A stretch of 64,000 nt of DNA from the human T2T-CHM13v2.0 reference genome, Homo sapiens (GCF_009914755.1 NC_060944.1); one strand, 5' to 3'; shown: positions 27,951 through 43,245, counted from the stretch's first letter. The notes: generated from the sequence alone by a model not told the origin. A program made the numbers and translations.

Positions 27951-29149
27951 AGAAAGAGCAGTCTGTGAAACTCTCCGGGCCCCCAGGCTGGGCTCTTATT
28001 TGCAAAGGAATCTTTGGGTTCCCTAAGTAGAACTTAGGCAGATGTTGGGTAGGGCTGGTCTTGGAGCAGAGCTGGGCCTACTCATCTCCCTCTGGGGGAG
28101 AGGGAGGAAGGTGGTCTTGTTTGGTTTGGAGAAGCCTGAGAGAAGCCAGTGGCTGGAATTTTTTTTTTTTTTTTTTCTGCTACTTTTGTCCCAAAGCTGG
28201 GTTTTGGAGGCCTATGTGGGTGGGCAGACACTCAATGCCAGGGCAGGGACTCCCCTTGCCCTGGGAAGCACGTTCCCAGGAGATGGGCCCCATAAAGGCC
28301 TGCCCCAGCGCCTTGGAGTCAGGTATTCTTCTCAGGAGTGCAGCTAGTTTGTGAGTCTAGCCCTTTGTCCTCTGTCCGGTGGCTTCAGGGAGCGGGAGCG
28401 GCTTCTCTTAGTTTCCTGCCTTTTCGCCTTCCCAGGCCTGAGCTTGGCTGCTTTTGCGCTGGTCTCTAGTGGGAGGAGGGAGTTGGGGGATTTTGAAAAA
28501 CCCCAGATCTTTGAGAGTTGTTCCACTTAGCGCGTGCCTGTGCTGTGGTCGGATGGGCACTCTGCTCTGCCCTCCATTCCCCCGCCTCTCAGTGTGAAGA
28601 GATGGTGTGTCTGCAACTCTAGACTGGGTTGCTTCTTGCAGGGACCCCCGGAGACTAGGGTTAGAGAGACCCAGGCTCAGAACCAGGTCTGTGTGAAGGA
28701 GGGAGATCAGGAAGTGACACCCCAAGGGGGGGTCCCACAAACCTTCTTGGGTATGGTGTGCATGTGTGTAGATAGTTGAGGAGATTGGGAGGAAGGAAGG
28801 TCTTGTGGTGAGGCAGCCAACCATCCTCAGCTACAAACTCCAGATCTGACACAGATCTAATGCAGCTGCTCAACTTAGAAATGGCAGCCCCCTTCCTCAG
28901 TGCCCCCACTGACCCTGTCAGCCATTGGGAGAACATTTTAGTGACTTGAGAGCCTGTGGATTCCAAAGTAAAGGAAGAATCGACACTGCAAAGAGCTGAG
29001 ATAACCCTGGGAACATCACTCAGGCATCAGGCTCCAGGCATGGTCCCCTTCCTTACTCCCTATGCTGTGTTGAGTTGGTGGCACTGGCTGGAAGTTCTCA
29101 GAGATCTCCTGGGTAACAGACTGCATTTTAAACCACGCATATTAGCAGG

Positions 29150-29380
29150 CAATAAATGTAGCACAGTGGTTGATGGCAAGTCTGGATTTGAAGCCCATAT
29201 ATTCATTGTGTGTTTCCCGGCCAGTTACTTACCTTCTCTGAGCCTTGATTTCCTCATGTGTAAAATGGGGGTAATAATATATCCAGTATATATGGTTGCT
29301 CCAGGATCAAATGAGACAATTCATATAAAACATCTAGCATTGTCTGACACATAAATGTTTAATAAATATGAGCTGTTATT
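29150..29380 (+). mobile_element. MIR SINE
   Basis: cagttacttaccttctctgagccttgatttcctcatgtgtaaaatggggg. Confidence 0.75.
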
Positions 29381-32289
29381 AGCAATAACATTAACAATAG
29401 ACCGTGGCTGCCCTTCAAGACCCTGAACTGGGAATGGTGAGGGGGTGAGGTGTGGCTATAGGTGAGGATGAAGGTGCAGGAAGGGAGGAGGACGGTGACC
29501 AAATTCACATTTCACTTAGATTGCTACTCAGAAAAAGGCAGGAAACAGTTTTGTTTTGCCCCAACCCATGTGCCCACTCACCCACCCACCATGTAGAACA
29601 GTGTTTCTGTAGAGAAAGTGTTTGCAGTTGTGCACATTTGACTCCTGGGTGTGACCTTTCTTGTTTGTAAGTTGGGGCCTGAACAGAAAAGAGGGGTGCA
29701 GAGAGGGGATGATTTATCATGCCTCATGTATTTGGGGGATGGAGGCAGGCATACAGAGGACCTGATAACCCCCTACCCAGGGGTGAGCAGGTGGGTCAGC
29801 CAGAGGTGTACAAATTCAGTGATCTCATCAGTTAGCTGGGATTTAACAGGCCTGGAGAGTAGGCAGAGGATGTAGGAGGACCCTGGCTTTTGGATTTTGG
29901 GGGCTCAGATTGAAAAGAGCCTGGATGAAAAGTCTGGTCGATGCTTGTGTGTTCAGACTTAACTAATGGAGGCTTCCACTGAAGCCGTGCCCTGCTTCTA
30001 CCCATTCGTGGGCTCTCCTTGTTGGTGGGTTCTGATCCCTGCGGCCTCTGAGGAGGTTGGACTGCCAGCCGGGTTTTCTGCCACCTGGACTCTTGCCCAA
30101 GCACCTCAGGTATCTGGCCTTTCCTGCTGACCCTACCAGGGTACCAGCAGTGCCTGAAGCCTGGCCTAAGAGAGAGACACTGTGCTACCTTCAGGGTGTT
30201 GGTAGACCTGAGGGAGAGACAGTGTGGTTTAAGGAGCACTCATACTGATATGTAAGACCTTCTTCTGCCCTGACTCTGTGCCCTCTCTTGTCAGCAGTTG
30301 TGAAATGGAGCTGACACCTCCTGATTTCTAGGGTGGTCATTTGGCTCAAAAGCGGGGTGGGGAAGTGCTTAGGTGTTGACAAGTTTGGTTGTCCTGGTGG
30401 TATGACAGGAACCAGGTTGGTGTTTGGCCTTTTATGTTGCAGATACTGACATAAATGAATAAAATGCAGTTATGTAGAGTTCCAGCTGAGTGCTATTGAG
30501 ACCTTTCGTCCCATTTTACAGATGAGCAAATGGAAATGGAGAATCGTTTGTGCCCAAGGTGTTGTGTCAGTGTGTGCCAGGGCCTCAGCTGGGGCCAGCT
30601 CACTAGTCAGAGGCTGACTAGCAACCCCAAGCCCATGTTCCCTGTGGTCCACGTGGCTCCTCTGTGAGACACCTTTGTGCTCAGACCATGCATTACAGGG
30701 CAAAGACCACTTTGGCTTTTGTATCCCAAGACAGCCTCAGCCTCTCTAGGCTCTGGCTCCACACTTTTTCTTCTGGTGTTTTCTGAGTTGAGATGGTTCA
30801 GACTCGTGTTTAATGAGGTTGTCCATTTGAGGGTCTTTGTGGGCCCAGTAAACACTGGTGTAGACACTGTGGAGGTACTCTGAATACTGGCTGAGCATGT
30901 CCATGGGGACTTCTGAGGCCCCAGGCTTCTGTCTTTGGCTGATCCTTCACTAGATACTTTTCTAGATGCCAGGCCCTCTGAGGTGAAGGAGTATGGGTGC
31001 TTGCTTTTAGGGAAACGAAAACAGGCAATGACAATTGTGAGCAGTACCTTTGATGAAGAGGGTGAGGGTGGCGGAAGAAAACAGCTAACTGCCTTGATGA
31101 GGCAGGCGGGCTCAGAAGGGAGGTAGTAGTGGAACCAGCTGGCTGGGGCTTGACCCCTGTGGCTGGGGAGCAGACCACACCAGGAGGCCTGCTCCGAGGG
31201 CTAGGCCCACAGCACGGGAGAGGGCAAGGCCCAGGCCGGTGTCATCAAGGGTTTTCTTTGTACTGGCTGTTACTCCCAGTGGGAGAGGGGCAGGAGCACA
31301 TGTCCGGATCTCCAGAGCTAGCCATCCCTGCCTGTGTATTTCCTGTCTGATGTAGTTTTTTCCAAGGGAAGTCAGACCTTTTAGTGTTTCCTCAGCACCC
31401 CAGGCTTGCCCCGATGTGTGGGTTTCCAGGCCCCCCCGCCCAGCTGGGATCCTCTGTTTCCTGTGAACCTAGGAAAAGGGCCTGCTTCACAGATAACTGG
31501 AGGAGCTGAGCACACCCAGTCCTGGGACCCACAACACCTCCAGCTTCTCTCCAGACTCTTGTGTGTGTGTGTACACAGATGCACAGGATTCAGTTGGAGT
31601 TTAGAGATCTTGGCTACCAGCTTTGCTCTGGGTAGCTTCTTGGAATGAGGCACATTTATTAATATTTGCAATAAGTATTATTATACCTCCCCATTTGCCC
31701 AGTGCTAGGCACCAAGGATTCAAAAGTTTATTGAGACATGGTTTGTGCCATTGATGAACTCTTGGAAAAGACAGATGTAGAGGCATATGATTATAACCCT
31801 GTGTGTTACATACCATAATATAAAGGCCTCTACCAAGAACTGTGAGGAGCTCTGCCAGGAAGGCATTAAAGGAGAGGTGACCTTTGAGGTAGGCCTTGAA
31901 TTACTGAGGCACCTGTCTGTGCCGAGGCTAAGGAACTGGGAATCACTCTGTGCAGGGGTAGGGAACAGATATGGTGTGGTAGAGAGGAAGCTGGGACTGG
32001 TTGGAGACAGCTATAGCCCTAGTGTGCCATGTCCAGCAGATTACACTCAGTCCTGGAGGCGACGGGAGTCAGCGGAGGCTGTTGTGGGACTGACTTGCCT
32101 CTGCCTGGGAGACCACAGTGGCAGTGGTTTGTCAGGCAGGTGTTGGGGAGGGAGGCCAGTGAGCTCCTACGGTTTGCACAGTTTGCAGGAGAGAGCTGCT
32201 GAGGGCCCAGACAAGACCTTCTTGCTGAGGCAGGGTGGGGATGCCATGGTGGTAGATGGGAGAAGGGCTGGGTCTTGAGGGGTGAGACA

Positions 32290-32540
32290 GAGCTTAGTAG
32301 TTAAGCATTTGGGCCCTAGACTCTGCTTGAATTAAAATCCTGTTGTGCAGCTTACTTGCTCTGTGACCTTAAAGCATATGACTACCTCTCTGGGCTGCTT
32401 ATCTGTAAAAAGGATAGTATTAAATGGCATTTATTTTATAAGGTTTTTGTGAGGATTTGATGAGAACCTGTATAAAGTGCTTAGCACCTGTATAAAGTGC
32501 TTAGCATGGAGTGTGGCACAGTGTAAGTGCTTACTACGTA
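32290..32540 (+). mobile_element. MIR SINE with an internal 20-bp tandem duplication
   Basis: tagtagttaagcat...atctgtaaaa...aaagtgcttagcac x2. Confidence 0.72.
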
Positions 32541-35500
32541 GGATCCCTGACAGGACAGAGATGAGGATTAAGTTCTCAGGAGGACCTGGTGGGGAGGAGT
32601 TCGAATGCACCTGCTGTCCTAAGGGGCTGGTGCCTGGCCACCAAGCCCTTTGATTCAGAGGCAAGGAGGCCCGCCCATCCTCTCTTGCAGCTCTCAGCAG
32701 TCCCTCTATTGTCAGGGCTCTTTCCCACTGCTGGTTTTGCAGGGAGACAGGGCAGTTGGCTGGAAGCAGCTGCTTTGGGTGGTAACCCCTTCTGTAGAGT
32801 GAAGGTATGATATTGTCCTATTTCTAAGTGCCTAGCCCAGGACGCTATCTGGAGAGATCTTGTCTTTGAGGAAGTGCTCTAATGCCACAGCCTCGATGTG
32901 GTAGGGCCTGCCTCTGCTGTCACTGTTCTGTGTCAGTCTCCGTTAACTCACAGCATCTCTTCTTACTCTGTGCCTTTTCCTGTGGGACGTGGCTTCAAGG
33001 AGACCACAGATGATAAGTTGGAGGAAGGGAGTGAGGCCTGAGATTGCAAAGGTGTGATATTAGGAGACTGATTTTTCCCCCTTTCCACTTGCTTTGTTAG
33101 AACTAGAGAAGTCACTGCAGACTGTGAGGAGAGTCCTAGGAGAGATGGGTGTGGGATAGGAGGATGGGAATGTTCTGGTGCCCCTTGTAGAGTGCCTTGT
33201 TGAGAGGAGCATGGGAACAGTGCGTCCTTGGAGGGAATCTCTGAGAGCAGCATGTTTACAGGTGGCAAGACTCAAGGTGGAGCCACGGGTGAGGAGTGGC
33301 TTCAGGCTACCATTGACCAGATAGTCCCACCTTGCTGGTAATTGAGCTGAAGTGCCTGGAGATTTGTGGCTAGAGCTGGTCAGATTTGGGTTCAGGTCTC
33401 AGCTCTTACTGTGACCTTGGGCAGATTACTTTTCCCTGTCTGAAATTGATCTTTAGCTGTAAAAGTAATTTCTCCTCACAGAGCTGTATATTAATAATAA
33501 GGGAGATTATATATAAGAGTAAGAGATTTTATGTGAAAACTACCCAGCACAACATTTGTCACTTAGTGGCCACTTAACAGTATTCATTTCCTTTACTCTC
33601 ACCTTTGTTAACCACAGAGCTCCAATCTTTTCCACCACTAAGCTCGGCCACAAGTGGCTGCTCCAACAACCTGGGCTAGGAGTCTGTTTCCTACTTGCTT
33701 TCTGTGTTCCTTCCCTGAGTCTGTACACAGAGGACTGGGGCATCAAAAAACTCTGGAATTGGAATAGCATATTGGGAGTTCATGGAACATTTTCTCACCT
33801 GTTGTATTGTTTGAACTTCACAGCAGCTCCATGAATCCATGGAGGGCAGGAGTTACTATCCCTCTCTTACAGAGGAGAAAACCAAGCCCTAAGGGTAAGG
33901 TCACATAGCAAGTTCATGGCAGATCCTAGGATTTCAGATTCCTGCTATAGTATTCAGTTTATTCTCCCATTCTGGGGAAAATGATAATAGGATGGACCGT
34001 TCTATAGGAACAGAGGGTTATTTTGTTTTGTTTTGTTTTTCTTCCCTCTGGCCACATGTGTTTGACCAGCCTAGACTTCCATCTGTGGACAAGCTGGACT
34101 CATTGCCTCAATTTCAAAACCCGTCCTGCACTCATCCTTGCCACAACACCGGTGTCGAGATGCTTGGCCCACCCAGACCTTTCCCACACTCCTACATGGG
34201 GGTGAATGTAGCCGCTGATTGGGGGTGGGACACAGAAGAGCCTCACCCTCTTGACTTTCTGGTTTGTGGTGACACTTCCACCTAAGCTTCTACAGAACAT
34301 GGGAACCTGGGGCTCCATGCCCCAAATATCCTGAGAAGGGCTTTTCCAGGATTCTCTATGACAACTCAAGAGCATGCATTCATTCATGTGCTCTTTAATT
34401 TGTCATACATTTGTTGTGGGCCTTGCTACTGTGTGTTGGGCACACTGAGCTGGATGTGATTACTCCAGCCTCTGACTTGTTCATGGTGGCAGTAGATCTC
34501 TAGCGTGGTTTGTGTTCCATCTCACCATACCTACTCTCCTTAAAAAAAAACAAAAAACTAGCTTTCTTGGGCCTCAGTGGCTCATTGAATAAGTGAGAGA
34601 CGACTTGTGCTTCCCTGGCTTTAGACTCTGGCATTTGCTAACTGTGCCAAGCACTGTGGAGACCAGTAGTGGACATAAGGTTAGGGTAGATACAGCCAGA
34701 AAGGAGATAAATAGGCAGACAGATAAAATTCTTATAGGATTTGGTGAGTTCTATGAAGGAAATAAGGCAAGAGGCTGCTCTGTCAGGGTAGGTGAGGGTG
34801 TGCTGTGATAACAAATGATGCCCACATATCAATGGCTGGCAACAAGGAAGGTTAATTTCCCCTGTTTGCTATGTGTGCTAACCTACACCACCGTCCCTGG
34901 AGAGTGGCCTCAGTGGTTCTGGGTGAGGCCTCTAGTACAGAACCTGAACACCCTGGGCAAACTAGGCTGGAGAGGGATTTGGAGTATGGAGGTTTAGAAG
35001 GAATTAATTTCTATGACTTAGGATGCATGTGGTGAGTGTGGCTTTGCTGTTGTGGTAGAGTAGAGTGCTGCCTGTGTGGGTCAAGAGACTGTCTTGGCTG
35101 ACATCTTTGAAATAGGTATATTTGTGTGGCCCTTGCCTAATTGTCATCTCTGCCATAGCTGCCCCCGCCTTCCCCACCAACCCATGGCCCTACTTGAGCT
35201 GCCCGCTGAGCCTACTCTGTTGTGGCCACAGTATCCTCCTGCTGCCCAGAGTTTGAGTTTCTCGCTACTTCTGCCACTCATCACACTTGCTTCCCAGAGC
35301 TTTGCTGGGTGTGCTGAAGTCTCCAGAGAAAGTGGGGAATATGGGTGCCTAGAGACTTCTAGGGGGTGTTTTCAGCCCCTAGAGAGTAGAGAAGTGTGAG
35401 AAGGGGTTGGTCCCCGAATATTCTGTAGTTTTGGGGAAGAAGCAATGGGGACAGTGGAGTTGGTTGCCTTAAGAGAGGCTATGGTCCCAAGAGATGGGAC

Positions 35501-37249
35501 TTGGAGAGTCTCTACTTGCATTCCTGGCTAAGCCCTTAATATTCTCGCACCCCTCCTTGCAAGACTAGTTCCTTTTGAGGTGGTTCTTGGCTAGCTTTTG
35601 AGAGGCTGCAGTGGCTGTGTGCCCAGGCTTAAGTCCTAGCTTTCTCCCCACTCTTTACCTCCTAGGAACCGGGCCCATCCTGGGGGAGGCAGGGAGGAGC
35701 TCCTTTTTATAGTCCACATGTAGGCTTTGTGTATAGGCTCTGCTGCTTCCTTCCGGCCCTGGCCCTTCCTGGTGTTGGCCGGTGGCCCTGGCTTCAGCAA
35801 GACTCAGGATGCAGAGTAAACGGGGCAGGGCGTTCTCCTACAGAAGACTGGCATCCCTTTTTACTGAGCCCAGGCCTGGCACAGAGGAGGCTGGAGTTAG
35901 GAAGCAAGAAAACGAGGTGACCCAGTCCTTGATCCTGAGAAGCTTGTGATCTGGACCATGCAGAAAACCGCTAATGCCCAGGGCTGGCAGGAGACAGCTG
36001 TGCCTAAAGTGCTGTAGGCTGGGCCTGAGGGCCAAGATGGAATCGCTTTTCTCCCTGTAGCAGCCCATCCTACCCCCTGGGGTCCCTCCACCTGCCAGCT
36101 GGCACACAGGTGTTGGGTAAAGCATCTGTACAAAGGCTGTGAGGGGCCTGGGCGCAAGGCAGCAAGGCTTGGGTACGGAGGAGAGTGGGTGGTCTTACTG
36201 ATGTTCTGGGCCCTGACAGTGAACAGCTGGCCAAACTGGTGAGGAGTTGGGCCATGGCGAGTTTGGCCACTTGTTTGTGTGTGTTTAGTTCTTCCTGGGC
36301 ACAGGTGGGGAGTTCACTTTGGGGTTGGCTTCCTGTTTTCTTGGACACCTGGGGATATGGTTGAGTTAAAATGTTCTGAGGGAAATGATTGTTGAGGGCA
36401 TGGGCTTGGGTCATAGTGTCCTTGGCTTGGCCTTGCCCATGGTAGGAGTCGGGTATTGACCACACTGGGTTCTGGCTGTGTAGGTGTGGATGTGTGGTGG
36501 GAGAATTCCAACCCCACCTTGACTTCAGCCTAAGACCCAGAGAGTGTGGGCCTGAGTTCACAGGGTGACTAACCCTAGGAAGGAGTGAAGGAGAGCTCCA
36601 GTTGGCCATAGGTCCCACAGGTTTCTCAGCTTACTTGGGGGCAGGAGGTGAGCTAAGGAATACAACTCCATTCCCTCAGTTGGGAGGTTGGGCAGCGATG
36701 GGGGCAGGGGTGATGGTCCTTCTCTGAGGCACTGAAGACCCACTTTATGGTCACCCTATTCTGCCTGATAGTCCACCACCTGTTTGGAGGCAGCTCCCCT
36801 CTTCCTGCCCTAGTCACTTCCTCCACCTTCAACAGTAATTGAGTATAATGTGCCTGTGTTAGCTTGTCCATCCTAACTGGGACTGTGGCCTTTTCTTGGG
36901 CGTTCTTAGCATATCTACCAAGGAGGTTGGAAAAGGTAACATATGTCACTTTGTTAAGGATTTTGCTGAGGGCCTTTTGAGGCCAGCAGTGAAACACAGA
37001 GCATTCCCTCCAGTGAGAACAGAATGTCTGTTGCCAGACTGATCACAAGAGGATGGCCTGGTTCTGGCCTGAGAACTGGTCTACACTGGAAGCATGAAGC
37101 TCCATACAATCATGTGTGCTAGTAAAGTTTGGGCAAGCAGCTGTCCTAAGCAGGTAAAACGATAGGTTATTCAACTTCAACTTCAGAGAAAGAAATCCAA
37201 GGTAGCCATCTCTCTCAGTAGGGGAGGTGAGTTCAAAGAATTTAAGCTG

Positions 37250-37615
<366 letters not shown>

Positions 37616-38999
37616 CTAGATCACTCACTGGGGCCCTGTTTCCCAGGAAGCAAAAAGGGAACAGGAGAGTGGCTTGGCTTGGGCTGGCATGGCGCAAAGG
37701 GAGTGCAGCCAGATGCTGTGGCGGCTGGGTCAAGTAGCTCTAAAACAGGAGAGCCTAGTGGGTTCTGCTGAAGCAGGATGTCTCAGCAAGCAGGCCTCTG
37801 ACCTGACGACTTCCGGTCATTATTTAGAACGTCTCCAGCCCCACAGATTTACTCTGTTGGAGGCTTAAGGACTAAACCAACATTTACTGTCCAAGAGGTG
37901 GCAGTAACACAGAAACCAAAGAGGCAGGAACCAAGGTTGGGGTGGTGAGATGTCATGGGGTTCAGGGAGTGGCAGAGGGGAAGGCCTCTATTCTCCCTTT
38001 CCCACTTGTCTCCCTACCTCAGCCCCTGTTGCTCTGACGCTTCCCCCACCACTATGAGTCCTAGGCCCCTGTTGTTTCCTTGTAGGAGGGAGACCCCAGA
38101 TTTTTATTTCTTCTCCCAACCCATTCCATTTCCTCTCCCTTGTGAGAGGGCTCTGCAGAGACAGGGCAGCAGAGAGAGACTTGGAGATATGCTGGGCTGT
38201 GGTCAGGAGGGCCTCATTTATCTAGTGAGCAGGAACAGGTTATATAGCAGTGATGCTTTCATAGTATTTTTCTTGAATAAGGTCCCCAAAACCTTATTAA
38301 GTTCCTGGTAGGCATGGAGCATTGAAGATGGCAGACATGGTGCAGTCTCTCAAGGAGTTTACGCTCTAGTGGAGAAAACAATCAGACAGCCTTAAAATAC
38401 ATGTATGGCTACTATAATAAATACTGTGAAGCAGGAGTGCACCACGAAACCTGGAGTCCTCTCCATCCTCCCCTTCTGTCTGTGCTGGCCCTGCTTGGCC
38501 ACTTCCAACAAGGATTCTGAGGCATTACAGAGCACACGTCTAGGGTACAGGCAGTCTTGGCTTTGAAGTATTGTTGGCTTTGCCACTCACCAACTGCCAC
38601 CTTAGGTAAGTTAATTAACCTCTTTGTGCTCAATTTCCTCACTCGGGAATTGGGGACCCTAATACTTACTTCATAGTGTTATTTGCAAGTATAAAATATA
38701 AGGCAGTTTTTATCGTTGTAAGGCAGTCTTATCAAGAGCTTTATGCAATGTCTATGCAAAGTAAATATGCAAGAAATTAGTGTTAGGATGCCAGATGCTG
38801 CTGTTGCTCATCGTCTCTTCCCACCCAGCAGAGGTAGTAACTACTTCATCCTCTACTTCTCAGCTTCTTATAGTATTTGTCTGTGGACTCTAACGTAAGC
38901 TATCTAGCATAATACTCATATCTAATTTTTCCTTCCACATTCAAGCTCCTTGAGGTACTTGTATTCCAAGTATCTAGTTTAATGTCTCTCATGTAGGTG

Positions 39000-39590
39000 C
39001 TCAGAACGTATGGTTAATTTTGAATAATAAAGCCAGTGGGACTTCTCAGAGGGCTGGATTGGGGGCTGGTGAGAGAAAAGGAGATGCGAAGGATCATTCT
39101 GAAGTTTGGAGTTTGGGTACCTGTTTGAATGGTGATGCTCTTAGCTGACCCAGGGGGTATGGCAAGAGGCCTTGGTTCTGGTGAGAGAGAGAAGACAGTG
39201 TTTGGTTTTGAGGAGTTGTCTTTGAGACGTTTTGAGATGAAGAGTGGGGATAGCAAGTAGGCAGCTGAATTGAAGGATCTGAAGCTTAAGAGGAGAGGAC
39301 TAGGCTAGAGACCTGTTTGTGAATTATCTGTACATAGGAGGTAATTAAGGGTGTGGGCATGGCTGACACTGATGAGGAAGAAGGCAGAGCACCGGAAGAG
39401 AGGACCTTGACCTGAGCCTTGACCAAGGCCATTGCTAAATGCAGGTAGGCCTGTAGCGCACAAAGAAGCATGAAAACCAGGCAAGGTTGTGCAGGAGAAA
39501 TCAAGGGCAGAGCTTCAAGGAGAGAGGGCGTGATCAACCATGTTGATTGCTCTGAGGTGTCAGGAAGGAGGACCATAGATAAGTGATTTA
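39000..39590 (-). mobile_element. L2 LINE relic
   Basis: tttgagatgaagagtggggatagcaagtaggcagctgaat...aggagaggactaggctagaga is L2-like; boundaries approximate. Confidence 0.55.
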
Positions 39591-39592
39591 TG

Positions 39593-40002
<410 letters not shown>

Positions 40003-42946
40003 TTAAAAGTGACTTATACCCATTGCTCTGGTTCTCCAAGTAGCCTGAGTGTACTATGTGGGGGAGCATTTTATGAGGGACTTTTGAGGTCCTGGGCATC
40101 CCTGAGACATGGCCCTGGTGGGTCCCCAGTCTCTCTCCTGTAGCTAGGAGCCTGGCATACACAGGCCATCTAGAAAGAACTTAGGCAGCATCAGTCTGCA
40201 AGGGAGGCAGAGTTTGGAGCACACTAGACTCCTGACACAGAGGCTGACCCATGGCTGCCTGGAGAATCTTCTGGGCTTGTGCAGAAAAGTTGGGGAAAGC
40301 CACCTTTCCCTACTGTGGCAGTCAAGGCTTGGTATAGGCCATCTTCCCTCCCTTCTCATCCATGATACTCTGAATGCCCTGTTTGTGGAACTTAGTGGAC
40401 TCCTGCACCTCTGTCTTGGTTTCCATGAACCCCTCTGCCCAATGTGTGCTTGTCAGCCCTCCAGACCTGGCTTTTACAGAGCACTCCAAGACATTGCTCT
40501 ACACACACTCAGCTCCACAGACACCTCCCTGTTGTTCTACTCGTTGCATGACCTCATAGTTATCTGCTTCCCCATCTGTTTCCTCCATCAGGCAGGGGTT
40601 TTCTCAAAGGCAGGAACTCAAATGCCTTATTGATCTCTGTTTCCCTAGGACCCAGCCCAGGGCCTGACATGGAGTAGATAGATGCCCGATAAATGTTTGA
40701 TCAGATGATGGAATGAATGACTGCATAAGCCGAATAGATCACTGCTGAGTGCTCTTCCAGCTTTAATTTCTCTGGGTGGGACCTCCTTTCCCTTCCTTCC
40801 TTTGGATTCTGTTCTTACCTCTGAAATAGGTGAGATTAATTTAGAGTCCTAGGGAAGAGGGCTGCCTGCCTGGATGGTACAAAGGCTGGCTGTGGCTGCT
40901 CTGTGTTTCTCTGTATACCCAGTGTCAGGGATAGCAGCTGCTGTGGGGACACTGCAGAGTGTCCCAGTTCTGCCATGACTCACCATATGACCATGACAAG
41001 ACCCTTTGGACCCTCTGTTTCCTCATTGTTTCAAAGAGATTTGTCTAGAATCTAGACCAAGCTTGTCCAACTCGCTGCCCGCGGGTCTGGTTTGAAGGCA
41101 GCTGCTGCACAGTAATGGGAAGGACAGTAAGCCCCACCATCGCCTTCCCTTTGCCATATAACCCTGTGACCTCAGAAGTCCCTGAACCCAGATCCTTGTT
41201 TGTAAAATGGAAAGGGATAGCTACCCACCCCTCCACTTTGACCTTCCTTTGGTGGCAGCCAGATGTGCTCAGGGAAACCTCAGATTTGTGAGTATGTTTC
41301 TACTGAGAGGCAGGAGGAGGAATATTATAGTCTCAGGAAGAGGGAGGAATGAGAGGGAGAGGAGAACTCTCACCCTTTCCACAGGCTTTGGGCATATGCA
41401 GCCAGCTTGGAAATGCTGACCATCCTGTGACCTGGCTACTATTGCATCAGGCTTCCTTCCCACCTGTGTCCAGGTCCTATCTTTGTCTCTTCTTTGGCTA
41501 CCTCCATCCTTTTCCTTCAGAGCTGCAAAAACCTTGCCAAAGCCGTATGGTCCTGATGGGTGCAGAGCCCCTGTGCCTCTGGCTGCCTGTGAAGGGGGAT
41601 CTGCAGTGCAGTGCCTGCCGTACCCCACAGGGAGTTGTATAGGAACCTGGGGATGGGGTGACTGAGGTAGGGGGCCAGAAGTGGCCCAGATGATACTCAC
41701 TTCTGCTGGAACTTTTCTTTGTCCATCTTTCAGCATCCTCTGGTGGAGAAGGCTTAGCTCCATTAATGCTCTCCTAGGTCCTGGCTGTGTATTTTCTTTG
41801 GTATGGGAGTGGGGAACTGGGAGGGACTCATCTGTTTGCCACAGACTACATGTGGAGAGGGTGATTGGTGAGAGGTCATTTTGGAGATCTACACACCTCT
41901 TCTGACCCCTGGGACCACTCTCCTGAATCTCCTCATGGTCTTGGCTTCGGGCCCAGCAGGGCGTGGGTGCTCAGCATCCTGCTGCTTTTACTGTTTTTCC
42001 CAAAGCTCTGTTAGCTTCCCGTGGTTCCCACTGGCTATAGGAATCTTTATGTAAGGACTTCCCAGTGTTTCCAGACTGTATTTGCCCCCAGGGGTCACAT
42101 TCCCCCCAACTATGCCTGCTGCTGCTTTTTCTGTTCCCGTTGTTACCTCACTGACCACTGCATTTTCAGTATTTGTTGTAGCCCCTCAGCCTCTGTGGCC
42201 CACTGTGCCACCTCTTCCAGGAAGCCATCCTTGATACCATCTTTCTGGTACCATTTTTGAGCATCTGTGGCCTTTGCTGCCTGTTAGATAATTAGCTCTG
42301 GAATCTAACTCCCATGTGTTTACTCCTGCTCTTAAGTACTCTGAACATTTTGAGGCCTCCCCAGGCCCTGGGTTTGTGTTGGACTGGTAGGGAATGGAGA
42401 GAAGAGTCAAATGTGGTTTCTTCCTTGGAGGAGCTCATAGGCCAGTGGCCTAAGACACCAGGGAAGCACCAGCAGGTGTGACAAGTGGTGACACACAAGA
42501 GAGGAGGGGGCACCTAGTGTGCCCCTGGCCTGGGCCTGGTGGGGGCTTAAGTGAGGAGGTAGGAGTGGCTTGTGCAAAGGCTGAGGCAGGAAGGAGTATG
42601 GGGAGACATGGGCTGGTGTCTGTGTTGTGTTAATTGGACTTGGACCCTTTTGAGGAGGGCTGGGCTTTCCCTGCCTTCCTCCAGTGCCCTCTGCAGAGTG
42701 GGGCACACAGGCCTTGAGGGGTTCTGGGGTCCACAGGCCACAGGTGGGGGTAGTAAAAACCCCCAGAAGGGAAGGAACCTGTCCAGGAAATCTTCGCTTA
42801 CCTCTTTCAAGCTCTTTAGATTTTAAAGAGACCTTTCATATTTACTATGAGTTGCAGTTTTTTTAAGTTACAAAATTTCTTTACTCCATGCATGTTTAAA
42901 TGGATAGTTTTTGCTACCATTTACATCAATTAGCTTACACACTTTG

Positions 42947-43245
42947 GGTTTTGTGTTTTTGTTTTGTGTTTTTAGAGAAAGGATCTCGCTTTGTTGGCCA
43001 GGCTGGAGTACAGTACTGTGATCATAGCTCATAGAGCTTCCTACTCATCTGCAGCCTCAAACCCTTGGGCTCAAGTGATCTTTCCCACCGCCTCCCAAGT
43101 AGCTGGGACTACAGGCATGTGCTACCATGTCTAGCTAAGTTTTTTTAATTTTTATTTTTTGCAGAGGTGGGGTCTTCCTCTGTTACCCAGATGGGTCTTG
43201 AACTCCTGGCCTCAAGCAGTCCTCTTGCCTCAGCCTTCTAAAGTG
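42947..43245 (-). mobile_element. AluJ-like
   Basis: Alu consensus with a (TTTTG)n tail and a small insertion. Confidence 0.85.

Noticed and set aside
26247-28026. Many overlapping 100-300 aa ORFs on both strands
   Set aside because: Expected from stop-codon scarcity in a CpG island; only PLCG1 exon 1 is supported
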